From: Candidatus Moraniibacteriota bacterium
GTDB taxonomy: Bacteria; Patescibacteriota; Minisyncoccia; Moranbacterales; GCA-2747515
Direction: 5' to 3'
DNA length: 64,000 nucleotides
NCBI GenBank assembly: GCA_046116545.1
Contig: CP175956.1
Coordinates: forward strand, 769,734-833,733
Made by a program: the position numbers and the translations under genes. Within the stretch, counting starts at the first letter, position 1, and each line of letters opens with the position of its first letter. The notes below the pieces were generated by a model that worked only from the letters and a program-made list of their open reading frames with translations, was not told the DNA's origin and did no database searches. Shown here one piece after another: positions 9,896 through 19,608 of this stretch.

Positions 9896-10675
9896 ATGAA
9901 CGAATTTGATATGAACTTAAATTTTCAATTTTTACAAAACAAAGAAATCTCAAATGTTTTAAAAGAAGTTTTAAAATTATCTCCTAAAAATTCAGAATTG
10001 TACTTAATTGGAGGAAGTGTTAGAAATGCATTATTTCATACTTTTTTTAATACTTATTTACCTCAAAGAGATTTTGATTTAGTTTTTTTTGGTGACAGAA
10101 AAGAATTTGAGAATAATTTATTAAATAATTCTTATGAAGAAGGATCTTCTTTTTCAAAAGAACAAAAAGTTTTTTTGAAAAAATTAAATGATAATTCTTA
10201 TTTAACTTTTGATGAATTAGTTTTAGATATTCATTTTTTAGAAAAACAAGATTTAATTAAGATGCTTGAAGAAAATGTTAATTTCAGATTTCAGGGAACA
10301 ACAATTAAATTAGATTATATTTTTGAAAAAAATTGGTTTGAAAAAATAATTTCAATTAATTCTGCAATCGAGGATATAAAAAATAAGAAAATTGTATTAA
10401 ATAAAAAAAAGGTAAAGATTCATGATACAACTTTTTATGCAATGCTTAGATTTAATTCTTTTGGATTTTCTTTACCTCCAAAGGAAGATATTGAACTTTT
10501 ATTAATTGAATTAAAAAATGTTTCAAAAGAAAGGGTGAAAATTAGTGAAAATAAAGTCATTGGGTCAATTGGTAATAAAGAAAAATTGAACAAAATATTA
10601 AAAAAGATTGATTTGGAAGGAGATATATTTTCATATGAAGGTATTCAAAATAATAAAATAAAAATAAGGAGATGA
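9896..10675 (+). CDS. Nucleotidyltransferase, poly(A) polymerase/CCA head-domain-like
   Basis: YLIGGSVRN...RDFDLV motif; very AT-rich. Confidence 0.7.
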   Translation: MNEFDMNLNFQFLQNKEISNVLKEVLKLSPKNSELYLIGGSVRNALFHTFFNTYLPQRDFDLVFFGDRKEFENNLLNNSYEEGSSFSKEQKVFLKKLNDNSYLTFDELVLDIHFLEKQDLIKMLEENVNFRFQGTTIKLDYIFEKNWFEKIISINSAIEDIKNKKIVLNKKKVKIHDTTFYAMLRFNSFGFSLPPKEDIELLLIELKNVSKERVKISENKVIGSIGNKEKLNKILKKIDLEGDIFSYEGIQNNKIKIRR

Positions 10676-10723
10676 TTTCAAAGTATAAAAAAACTCGCCC
10701 TTTTAATTAGTATATCTTATATT

Positions 10724-11266
10724 ATGAATGAAGTTGAAGTGAAAGCAAAAGTTTCAAATTTTACAGAAATTCAATCCAAACTAGTAAAACTAGGTTGTAC
10801 TTTTTCTGAACCACTAATTCAAAAAGATCGAATTTATCTTCCTAATGGAATAGAGTTTCCTGACAAAACAAAAGGAACCCTGTTTCTTAGAATCCGAAAT
10901 TCCAATGGCAAAAATATTCTTACACTTAAAAAACAATTAGATACTGAATTTGAATGTATTGAACATGAACTTATCATTGATAATCCTGAACAAGCAAACG
11001 AAATGGCAATGTTACTAGGTTTTCATGAAGTTTTATATGTATCAAAAAAAAGAATTACATGTAAATATAATGATATGGAAATTTGCTTTGATGAAATAGA
11101 TGAACTAGGATCATTTATCGAAGTAGAAAAAATGACTTCTGACACAGAAACTAAACAAATTATGAAAGATTTATTTGCATTTCTAGAAACACTGGGAATA
11201 AAAAAGGAAGACCAAATCTTCAAAGGATACGCCACACTGATTTATGAATTACATAACAGCAATTAA
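10724..11266 (+). CDS. cyaB: CYTH-domain protein (class IV adenylate cyclase-like)
   Basis: EVEVK (ExExK), LRIR, LTLK, KKR, D.I..LGSFIEVE, GY. Confidence 0.88.
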   Translation: MNEVEVKAKVSNFTEIQSKLVKLGCTFSEPLIQKDRIYLPNGIEFPDKTKGTLFLRIRNSNGKNILTLKKQLDTEFECIEHELIIDNPEQANEMAMLLGFHEVLYVSKKRITCKYNDMEICFDEIDELGSFIEVEKMTSDTETKQIMKDLFAFLETLGIKKEDQIFKGYATLIYELHNSN

Positions 11267-11274
11267 TCACAATA

Positions 11275-13842
11275 TTAACATCTCTTTTTCAATTCAGATA
11301 ATTTATTTAAAGCCTCAATCGGTGTCATCTGATCTATAGATAAATCTTTCAACTCTTTTTCAATTTTACTACTTTGAGTTTTTGGTTTCTTTTCAAACTC
11401 ATCGTTAAATACTTTTTTCTCCAAATTATCCAAAATCTCTACTGCTCTATTGTTTACCAAATCTGGCACACCCGCTAATTTTGCTACTGCTATTGCATAA
11501 CTGTGTGAAGCTTTGCCAGGTCGCACCTTGTGAAGAAAAACTGGTTCACCATCATCTTTTTCCATTACTACCACTTCATAATTTTTGATTCGCTTGGGAA
11601 ACTTCTCTTCTAAAGTTTGTAACTCGTGATAATGTGTCGCAAACAAAGTTTTGGCATTTTTATTTTTGGTTGTAACTAAAAACTCAGCAATCGCCCACGC
11701 AATACTAATACCATCATAAGTACTAGTACCCCGACCAATCTCATCCATGATAATCAAACTTTTGTCAGTTGCATGATGCAAGATATGTGCTGTCTCAGTC
11801 ATCTCAACCATAAAAGTAGAAAGTCCAGAAGCAATGAAATCAGCTGCACCACTACGCACAAAAATTCTGTCTACCATACTAATCGTAGCCTCACTAGCAG
11901 GCACAAAACTTCCGACATGAGCTAGTAGTGTGATAACTGCAACTTGTCTCATGTATACAGACTTACCAGCCATATTTGGTCCAGTCAAAACCAAAAGCTG
12001 ATGATCCCCTGCATTCAACTTTGTATCGTTAGCGATAAACTGATCTGTACTATATTTTTCTACTACTGGATGACGCCCCTCCACTATATGTAATTCATCA
12101 TCACTACTCATAGTAGGACAAATATAGTTTTCCTGTTCAGCAAGCTCAGCAAAAGATCCCAAACAATCAACTGTCGACAAATCATGAGCCAAAGACTGAA
12201 CAAATTTTGTATACTTCAAAATTTCATCAACCAAATTCAAAAATAGATCATATTCTATTTTATTAATTCTCTCCTGGGCAACCAATACTTTTTGTTCGTA
12301 TTCTTTTAAATCAGGTGTGATATAACGCTCAGCACTTACCATTGTTTGCTTGCGAATATAATTAATCGGAACTAAATGCACATTAGCCTTGGTAACTTCG
12401 ATATAATAACCAAAAACTCTATTGTATCTTACTTTCAGAGAAGAAATACCCGTTTTCTCACGTTCTTGCTCTTCCATTTTGACAATCCAGTCCTTATTAC
12501 CAGTAACATTTTCTCGTAAATCGTCCAATTTGCCATGAAAACCAGTTTTTATCATACCACCCGATTTTATATCAAGCGGAGGATCATCTACAATTTGCTC
12601 ATTTATCAAACTAATAATTTTGTCTATTTGTTCACTAGCTGAAAATTGAAGTGCTGTTGCCTCAAACTGTTCAAGGTCACTTAGTACTGCTCGAGCATGT
12701 TCCAATGCCTCAGCTAAATTCTTGAGATCATATGCATTACCATTACCCATTGATAATCTAGCAATCAATCGCGGAATATCACAAATCTGCTTTAACTTCT
12801 CTCGAATTTCATTCCTCTGCGCCCTATTTGTGATCATTTCTCCAACAGCTTCATGACGCTCTTTGATTTTCTCAATATCAATAAGTGGTTTTTTCAAATA
12901 CTCGCGCAAAAGACGTCCACCCATAGCAGTCACGGTCTTATCAATCACCTCAACCAAAGTCCCTTTATCATCCCTAGTACGAAGAGTATCAAAAATCTCC
13001 AAATTTTGAATAGTAGAACGATCCAAAACTAAATATTCCTCAGGCCGATAATAATTCAAACTTTTCAAATGTGCTATTTTATCTTTTTGCGTCTCACGCA
13101 AATACCCAAGCAAACAAGCAATGGCCTCTACACAAGCTTCTTTATTATGCAGAGAAAAAACCTCCAGACTCGCAATCTTAAATTGCTCTTTCACTATTTC
13201 ATTTTTATCAACTGCATATTCATCCCACTCCACAAATGGATAAATATTCATCTCTGTCTCTACACAAATAGTTTTCAATACTTGAGGATTGTTATAATCC
13301 TTTTTATTCAAAATACACTCAGTCGCACCAAAACGAAGTAACTCCGTATTCAAAAGATGTACATTTTCCAAACTAGCATTCAAATCAGTCACAAACATAT
13401 CCCCTGTAGACAAGTCCACCGCTGCAATAGCAATTTTATTCTCTCGAAAAACTAAACTTATAATAAAATTATGTTTCTTTTTATCTAAATTTTTCTCATC
13501 CAAAATTGTTCCCGGAGTAATCACCCGCACAACTTCCCGATCAACAATCCCCTTACCTGTTGGCTCAGACATTTGCTCACAAATTGCCACCTTGTGTCCA
13601 GATTTCACCAACTTAGCAATATAAGCATCAGCTGCATGATGTGGCACTCCAGCCATAGGGATCTCTCCATCTTTACCCCGTGGTCTTTTGGTAAGGGTAA
13701 TCTCCAAAGCAGCCGCCCCAACCTTAGCATCCTCCAAAAACAATTCATAAAAGTCACCCAAACGAAAAAAGAGCAAACAATCCTGATATTGCTCCTTTAT
13801 CTCACTATACTGCTGCATCATCGGCGTATTAAACTTCTGCAT
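11275..13842 (-). CDS. mutS: DNA mismatch repair protein MutS
   Basis: TPMMQQY, FRLGDFYELF, TGPNMAGKS, STFMVEM, DEIGRGTST, ATHYHEL. Confidence 0.97.
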   Translation of the reverse strand: MQKFNTPMMQQYSEIKEQYQDCLLFFRLGDFYELFLEDAKVGAAALEITLTKRPRGKDGEIPMAGVPHHAADAYIAKLVKSGHKVAICEQMSEPTGKGIVDREVVRVITPGTILDEKNLDKKKHNFIISLVFRENKIAIAAVDLSTGDMFVTDLNASLENVHLLNTELLRFGATECILNKKDYNNPQVLKTICVETEMNIYPFVEWDEYAVDKNEIVKEQFKIASLEVFSLHNKEACVEAIACLLGYLRETQKDKIAHLKSLNYYRPEEYLVLDRSTIQNLEIFDTLRTRDDKGTLVEVIDKTVTAMGGRLLREYLKKPLIDIEKIKERHEAVGEMITNRAQRNEIREKLKQICDIPRLIARLSMGNGNAYDLKNLAEALEHARAVLSDLEQFEATALQFSASEQIDKIISLINEQIVDDPPLDIKSGGMIKTGFHGKLDDLRENVTGNKDWIVKMEEQEREKTGISSLKVRYNRVFGYYIEVTKANVHLVPINYIRKQTMVSAERYITPDLKEYEQKVLVAQERINKIEYDLFLNLVDEILKYTKFVQSLAHDLSTVDCLGSFAELAEQENYICPTMSSDDELHIVEGRHPVVEKYSTDQFIANDTKLNAGDHQLLVLTGPNMAGKSVYMRQVAVITLLAHVGSFVPASEATISMVDRIFVRSGAADFIASGLSTFMVEMTETAHILHHATDKSLIIMDEIGRGTSTYDGISIAWAIAEFLVTTKNKNAKTLFATHYHELQTLEEKFPKRIKNYEVVVMEKDDGEPVFLHKVRPGKASHSYAIAVAKLAGVPDLVNNRAVEILDNLEKKVFNDEFEKKPKTQSSKIEKELKDLSIDQMTPIEALNKLSELKKRC

Positions 13843-13889
13843 TTCAATAATTTTTCAATTTATTTCACCTACCAATAATACCACAATTT

Positions 13890-13915
13890 TGTCATTCCCG
13901 TGAAGATGGGAATCT
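13890..13915. repeat. GTCAT-type REP-like palindrome
   Basis: tgtcattcccgtgaagatgggaatct; same architecture as copies at 8993, 25830, 25945, 33241, 53075 and 53417. Confidence 0.65.
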
Positions 13916-13925
13916 AGTTCTTTTT

Positions 13926-14026
13926 TGTTATCTTCTTTTTGAGTTATCCGGAAATTCCGGATAACTGAAATTTTTTCAATTCTTTTGAACTTGTAAGAAA
14001 TTCTTACAAATTACCTTTTCGTCCAA
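13926..14026 (-). pseudogene. Two tandem palindromic fragments resembling the RhuM-family central motif
   Basis: Translate to LDEKVICKNFLQVQK and EKISVIRNFRITQKED; each is a DNA palindrome (13942-13966, 13991-14009). Confidence 0.5.
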
Positions 14027-14027
14027 T

Positions 14028-16826
14028 TTACCACTCAAAAGTTTCTACAAAATTCTGTAGTGATACTTTTATACGTGTGATGATGCTTTCTGATTCCATG
14101 AGTGTTGGTTGCTCTGGTAATAATGCTACTATGTCATCACTAAGTGGCATTCTTTGTGTATACAAGTATTCATTGATAAGATTCTTCATCTTATCTGTAT
14201 CAATATTCTCTTCTTTTGCTATAGACTCTACATATTTCTTTTCCTCCTCTTGCCAATACTTTTCAAATTCTTTTTCTACATCATCAGCACTATCAATTTC
14301 AGGCAAATTATCTTGCATAAACTTCTCTATCAATTCTTTTTTCTTGTGTAATGCAATATCTGTATCAAATACACGCAAAATATCTGCAATTTTCTTTTCT
14401 CTTACAGCATCAGAAGTTACATCTTTAAGTGCAACGATAAGTCTCACAATATAATCAAAGTTAATTCTATCCCTACGAGTTAGTTCCAACTCAAAATCAA
14501 TTTCATCAATGATAGATACTTTATCTTTTCCTTCTTGCTGAGTTCTTATCTTATACATGTCTATATAAGCACTTTGATAATCATAGAATTCCTGTTCATC
14601 TAAATTTAAATCATCAAAAGTAAAATCTGTAAATGTCTCCAAAGATGATTTAATACGCAACAAGTTACGAAACTGTTTAATAAATGCCACTTGATCTTCT
14701 TCACTTTGCAGATTTCCCACACTCCCAGCATCTACTGCGATACTTCTGAGTAATTCTACATTTTCATTAAATTCTTGTTTTTGTTTTTCGTATGGCTTTT
14801 TAAATACTATTTCCTTAGCATTTTCATCTCCAAACAGTGCTAATGCTTTATCTGTATTTTCTTTGAGATTGCGAAAACAAACAATATTACCATGTGGCTT
14901 ATCTGAACCCAATATTCTATTTGTCCGTGAATAAGCTTGCACCAATCCATGATATTGCAAATTCTTATCTACAAAAAGCGTATTAAGTCGCACACTATCA
15001 AATCCTGTGAGAAACATATTCACCACCAAAAGTAAATCAATCTCTCCATCTTTTAACTTCCTTTGTACATCTTTGTGATAATCATAAAACTTATCTGTTG
15101 AAAAGTTTGTATCATAGAGCGTATTATAATCTCCAATACAATTTTCCAGAAAATCACGAGAGTGTTCATTGACTATATCACCACTGTCAACATATACATC
15201 ATGATCCAACAAATCATTTGTCTCATCCTCATTAGCGCGATATGTAAATATTGTTGCAATTTTTAGATTCTTGCTACTTTCTTTGTTTTTCTCTTGCAAA
15301 ATTGTATAATACTTGCGTGCTACTTCTGTATTTCCTACTGCAAAGATTGCATTGAACTTTCCATTCTTTGTCTTGGTATTATAATTTGCTAGTACGTAGT
15401 CAGAAATCTTACTCAATCTATCCTCATGCTCCAATACTTCCCTTGTATCAATATCCTCTACTTTGATATCAGCATCCACTACATCATCTTCTTTATATTT
15501 ATATCGTCCTACATACTCTACTGAAAACCCCAACACATTATTATCAGAAATTGCATTGGTAATAATGTATTTATGCAAACACTCATCAAATACATCTCTA
15601 GTTGTTACACCTCCTACATTATTTTGGGCAAATATTGGCGTACCTGTAAATCCAAACAACTGTGCTTTACCAAAACATGATTTGATAGCCTTGTGCGTTT
15701 TGCCAAACTGACTACGGTGACACTCATCAAATATGATTACAACTTTCTCATCACGTAATTCTTCTATTTGACTGACATAGCTCTCTCTAGCAATAATACG
15801 ATCTAGTTTTTGAATTGTTGTTACAATCAACTTTCTTTTTGGATCTTTTAATTGTTTTAACAAATTGCGTGTATTGTTCGTGCCGTCTACACTACCATCT
15901 GAAAAAGAATTAAATTCTCGTGTTGTTTGGATATCTAGGTCTTTCCTATCCACCACAAAAAGAACTTTTTTAATTTCTGGCATTTGTCCCAGCAATTGAC
16001 TCACTTTAAAAGATGTTAAGGTCTTACCTGACCCAGTTGTATGCCAAATGTAACCACCTTTTTCAGATTCATCTACACGCTTCATGATGTTGCGTACTGC
16101 ATAATACTGATACGGTCGCAAAATCATCGGGATCTTTGGCACTTCTGCCAGTACAATATACTCTGCAATCATTTGTGACACATTACACTTTTCCAAAAAT
16201 ACTTCTGCAAAATCTTCCAATTTACTGATCTTATGATTATTCTCATCAGTCCAAAAAAATGTTTGTTCAAATGGTTGTTTATGATTATTAGAAAAATACT
16301 TTGTATTTACACCATTGGAAATAACAAAAATCTGCACATATTCAAATAAACTCCCAGCAAAAGAATGTTTGTGATATCTTTGAATTTGATTAAATGCTTC
16401 TTTGAGCTCTACACCACGTTTCTTAAGTTCGATTTGCACAAGTGGCAGACCGTTTATAAGAAGAGTCACATCATAACGATTTTCATATTTCCCCACCTGC
16501 GTAATCTGATTTGTAACTTGATACTCATTTTTGCACCAGTGTGTCATGTTGAAAAACCGTACAGACAGAGAAGTCTCATCGTCTCTACTCAAACTAAACC
16601 GATCACGCAGCTTCTTTGCTTTTTCAAAAGTATTTCCCTTGTTGAGATGATTCATAATCCGCTCAAACTCCCTATCGGTAAAAGTAGTTTCATTAAACTT
16701 TTCCAGTTGCGTTTTGAGGTTTGCCTCAAGTTCATCCGTGCCTTTAATAGTAACAGGAGCAAATCCCAAATCACCAAGCTGTGCAATAAATTGATTTTCT
16801 AATTGTTGTTCTGTTTGATGTGTCAT
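14028..16826 (-). CDS. hsdR: Type I restriction endonuclease subunit R
   Basis: YDVTLLINGLPLVQIELK nuclease motif, HTTGSGKT, DECHR, FTGTP, LTGFD, QAYSRTNR. Confidence 0.96.
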   Translation of the reverse strand: MTHQTEQQLENQFIAQLGDLGFAPVTIKGTDELEANLKTQLEKFNETTFTDREFERIMNHLNKGNTFEKAKKLRDRFSLSRDDETSLSVRFFNMTHWCKNEYQVTNQITQVGKYENRYDVTLLINGLPLVQIELKKRGVELKEAFNQIQRYHKHSFAGSLFEYVQIFVISNGVNTKYFSNNHKQPFEQTFFWTDENNHKISKLEDFAEVFLEKCNVSQMIAEYIVLAEVPKIPMILRPYQYYAVRNIMKRVDESEKGGYIWHTTGSGKTLTSFKVSQLLGQMPEIKKVLFVVDRKDLDIQTTREFNSFSDGSVDGTNNTRNLLKQLKDPKRKLIVTTIQKLDRIIARESYVSQIEELRDEKVVIIFDECHRSQFGKTHKAIKSCFGKAQLFGFTGTPIFAQNNVGGVTTRDVFDECLHKYIITNAISDNNVLGFSVEYVGRYKYKEDDVVDADIKVEDIDTREVLEHEDRLSKISDYVLANYNTKTKNGKFNAIFAVGNTEVARKYYTILQEKNKESSKNLKIATIFTYRANEDETNDLLDHDVYVDSGDIVNEHSRDFLENCIGDYNTLYDTNFSTDKFYDYHKDVQRKLKDGEIDLLLVVNMFLTGFDSVRLNTLFVDKNLQYHGLVQAYSRTNRILGSDKPHGNIVCFRNLKENTDKALALFGDENAKEIVFKKPYEKQKQEFNENVELLRSIAVDAGSVGNLQSEEDQVAFIKQFRNLLRIKSSLETFTDFTFDDLNLDEQEFYDYQSAYIDMYKIRTQQEGKDKVSIIDEIDFELELTRRDRINFDYIVRLIVALKDVTSDAVREKKIADILRVFDTDIALHKKKELIEKFMQDNLPEIDSADDVEKEFEKYWQEEEKKYVESIAKEENIDTDKMKNLINEYLYTQRMPLSDDIVALLPEQPTLMESESIITRIKVSLQNFVETFEW

Positions 16827-16838
16827 ATTGTTTTTTGA

Positions 16839-17789
16839 TTATTTCGTCTTACTAATATTTATTGAGTTACTATCATCAAGACTACCAATAAATGAAAATT
16901 TAATATTTAAAATTTCTGATATTTCATTAAATTCAGATAATATTTGATATATTCCATCTCCAAACTGATATTCTTCACTTTCTTTCACAATAAAATTGTC
17001 TCCAAAAATATCCACAGCCTCTTCTTGATCTATAACAAAACCATGATCTTTATATCCATAAACCAATCTAGTTGCTATATTTACTGGCTGTATTTTTAGT
17101 ATATTACTTTTTTTCATTAGCAACCTACTTGCGTATTGCACAGTAGACTCAGCTATTCTTTCATAATGACCGATTGAAATTGGTTTGACTGTCAAAGCAA
17201 GATATCGCGCAAACATTTCTGCAGAATCTTTATTTAAGGATACTAATTCCGCAATATGCTCAATTGAATTTTTCAATCCTAATGCTGGCACGCCCTTTAC
17301 TTGTGGATCTATCGGTCCTAATTCACTAAGTTTCCCCATATGAACTTTATCAGCAGCACAAGCTAATAATGTCGCTGCAGATTTTGCATATCTAGGGATA
17401 ACAACAATAAAATCATTCTCAGAGGAAAACTGCTGAAATAGCTTCCCTATCAAATATGCTGGACTAGGATAACCACCATTTGATGTTAATACCAAAATTA
17501 TTGGCTTATCCTTATCGATCCTTTCAAGGGTTTTATAAATTTTATCCGAATGCAGTGTGGATAAAGAATCATTATCATACAAAACAACAATATTATACTT
17601 TTTATATATTCTATCTCCTCCCATGCTTTGTTGAATATACGTCGTCAAATTATTAATAAATTTTTGTTTATTTATATTACTATCATCATCATGATAATCC
17701 AAAATTGACTTAAATATATCACCCGCCTCAACGGAAACTGATTTCGCAGATGCTTTCTTTGTGCCTTTCTTCGCTGTTTTTTTTGTCAT
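16839..17789 (-). CDS. SDH/ClpP-fold serine protease
   Basis: TSNGG, AKSAATLLACAAD, SELGPIDPQ, HGFVI. Confidence 0.8.
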   Translation of the reverse strand: MTKKTAKKGTKKASAKSVSVEAGDIFKSILDYHDDDSNINKQKFINNLTTYIQQSMGGDRIYKKYNIVVLYDNDSLSTLHSDKIYKTLERIDKDKPIILVLTSNGGYPSPAYLIGKLFQQFSSENDFIVVIPRYAKSAATLLACAADKVHMGKLSELGPIDPQVKGVPALGLKNSIEHIAELVSLNKDSAEMFARYLALTVKPISIGHYERIAESTVQYASRLLMKKSNILKIQPVNIATRLVYGYKDHGFVIDQEEAVDIFGDNFIVKESEEYQFGDGIYQILSEFNEISEILNIKFSFIGSLDDSNSINISKTK

Positions 17790-17841
17790 ACCCTAACCAT
17801 AAATTAAACTGATTATACATTAAATCTCTAGAATTAAAACA

Positions 17842-18798
17842 CTAAAATTCACTATCAACCTCCATTGCCATATTCCTCAATTCTGCAAAAGAATTATCTA
17901 ATGATTCTACATAAATATCAAGATTGAATGAATCAACATTTTCATCCATTGATACCATCTTTTCTATTCTTTTTAATAACTCATCTACCTTTTTAACTTC
18001 TTCAACAATACCTGGAATACTAATTCTATGTTCACCTAGTTGTTCAATATTATATCGCATTCTAATACCATCTTTAAATTCTTCATATATTGAAATCAAC
18101 ATTTTAAAACAAGTTTTTGAATGTATTCTTTCACACTCAAAAGACCATAATTTTTGTATTAAATAACCAGATTGCGCAAGCTTACTTACTAAACTGTCAT
18201 TATTAAACTTTTTTTTATGCTTATTTTCAATTTCATTTATCCTTTTTATAATCCTATCAATTTCTGAACTCAATACATTAGATTGTTTATCAATTATTTC
18301 TATAATATTTACCTTTTTATTAACAAAATCATTATGCGACCATACTTGATATTCTAGAATATTTGTATTCTCAACTGTGCTTAACGATGTATATGTAATA
18401 TCTCCATCTCCATAGGAAATATCTTTACCTCTTTTTTTCTTTGTTTCAGACGGATGTCCAACTGTTTCATTTCTTATATTTCGTATTTCTTTTAATTCTG
18501 AAAAGTCTTCAAATTTTGGCACTTCAATATCAACAGATTCTTCTAGATGCACCATTGAATCCTGTTGTACAATTAGTGCCTGTAATATTCCATATATAGA
18601 TAATTTTGTAGGATGCTTTTGTTCTATATATTCTTCTATTGCTGACTGAGTATCTTGAATATTATCAAAAGCAGACCATAATTTATTCCAGTTGCCTTTA
18701 TCTTTCTTATTCCAAGCTCCCTGCTTACAACAAAAAGATGTATGAATAATCTTTTTTAATTCATCAATTTTTACTCTTAAATTATAATTAGAATCCAT
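17842..18798 (-). CDS. Hypothetical protein, candidate HEPN-domain RNase
   Basis: Helical-looking protein with IRNIRNETVGHP (Rx5H). Confidence 0.55.
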   Translation of the reverse strand: MDSNYNLRVKIDELKKIIHTSFCCKQGAWNKKDKGNWNKLWSAFDNIQDTQSAIEEYIEQKHPTKLSIYGILQALIVQQDSMVHLEESVDIEVPKFEDFSELKEIRNIRNETVGHPSETKKKRGKDISYGDGDITYTSLSTVENTNILEYQVWSHNDFVNKKVNIIEIIDKQSNVLSSEIDRIIKRINEIENKHKKKFNNDSLVSKLAQSGYLIQKLWSFECERIHSKTCFKMLISIYEEFKDGIRMRYNIEQLGEHRISIPGIVEEVKKVDELLKRIEKMVSMDENVDSFNLDIYVESLDNSFAELRNMAMEVDSEF

Positions 18799-18808
18799 AA
18801 CATTTTTT

Positions 18809-18868
18809 TAAACAAACAACCTTTGCGTCAATCCTTTTTTCACCTCTTTACTTTGCTGATTTGATTTT
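18809..18868 (-). pseudogene. Displaced remnant of an hsdS 3' end
   Basis: Reads QISKVK..KKGLTQRLFV-stop with a 1-nt deletion, versus the intact hsdS end QITGVKEWKKGLMQKLFV-stop at 19601. Confidence 0.7.
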
Positions 18869-18871
18869 GTT

Positions 18872-19057
18872 TTAACCCTTCTTCATCCCTTTTTCTAATT
18901 CTTGTATTAACCTACTATCTGGTGTATCTCCTAATTTAGGCTCATCAACATCAATATTAATGGGTTCCGTCTGTTCAATGTTATTTTCATTATTATCTCC
19001 ATCACTAATACCCTCTATTTGGCCATTATTAGAAACTTCTTTATTATCGGTACTCAT
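18872..19057 (-). CDS. Small acidic hypothetical protein
   Basis: 61-aa co-oriented ORF filling the gap within the RM locus. Confidence 0.5.
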   Translation of the reverse strand: MSTDNKEVSNNGQIEGISDGDNNENNIEQTEPINIDVDEPKLGDTPDSRLIQELEKGMKKG

Positions 19058-19080
19058 ATAAAATATTGTTTATTAATAAA

Positions 19081-19608
19081 TTAATTTACACAAACTCTAA
19101 AAGTTGGGAAAAGTATAAAAATTATAATGCTCACATAAACAAGTAACATAATGCTAAATGCTATATTCATCCTAATTGCAATCTCTTCAAGCTTACTTCT
19201 ATTAAACTCCTCTGATTCTTTATAAGAATTAACTATTTCAATCTGTATACTTTTTATCATTTTACCTTCATCATACAATGCAATTAATCCGCTAACTGCA
19301 GGAGAGTCATGCTCTTTTCTTTTCCATAACCAAGCCAATATTGTAAATAAAATTATCAAAGCAAATTCCAAAATTAGTAATATCACTTGCTGTTCATTAT
19401 TTTTATTTAAAATATCAACCTGATACAAACCAGCGACTCCAGCAAATGTAAATCCAGTTGCAAGAAATAATAGTTCCGCCTTTTTTGATTGTCCTTGAAT
19501 TTCTTGTCTTCTATTATTATGCTTCTCTCTTGCTATTTCTAGTAAAAGATTTAACTTTTCTTTTTCATCTGTTGTACTTTCTGTAGTCATATTTTCATCA
19601 TTAAACAA
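19081..19608 (-). CDS. Membrane protein (about 3 TM), possible defence effector
   Basis: Two adjacent hydrophobic helices plus a C-terminal one; overlaps the hsdS stop. Confidence 0.7.
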   Translation of the reverse strand: MFNDENMTTESTTDEKEKLNLLLEIAREKHNNRRQEIQGQSKKAELLFLATGFTFAGVAGLYQVDILNKNNEQQVILLILEFALIILFTILAWLWKRKEHDSPAVSGLIALYDEGKMIKSIQIEIVNSYKESEEFNRSKLEEIAIRMNIAFSIMLLVYVSIIIFILFPTFRVCVN

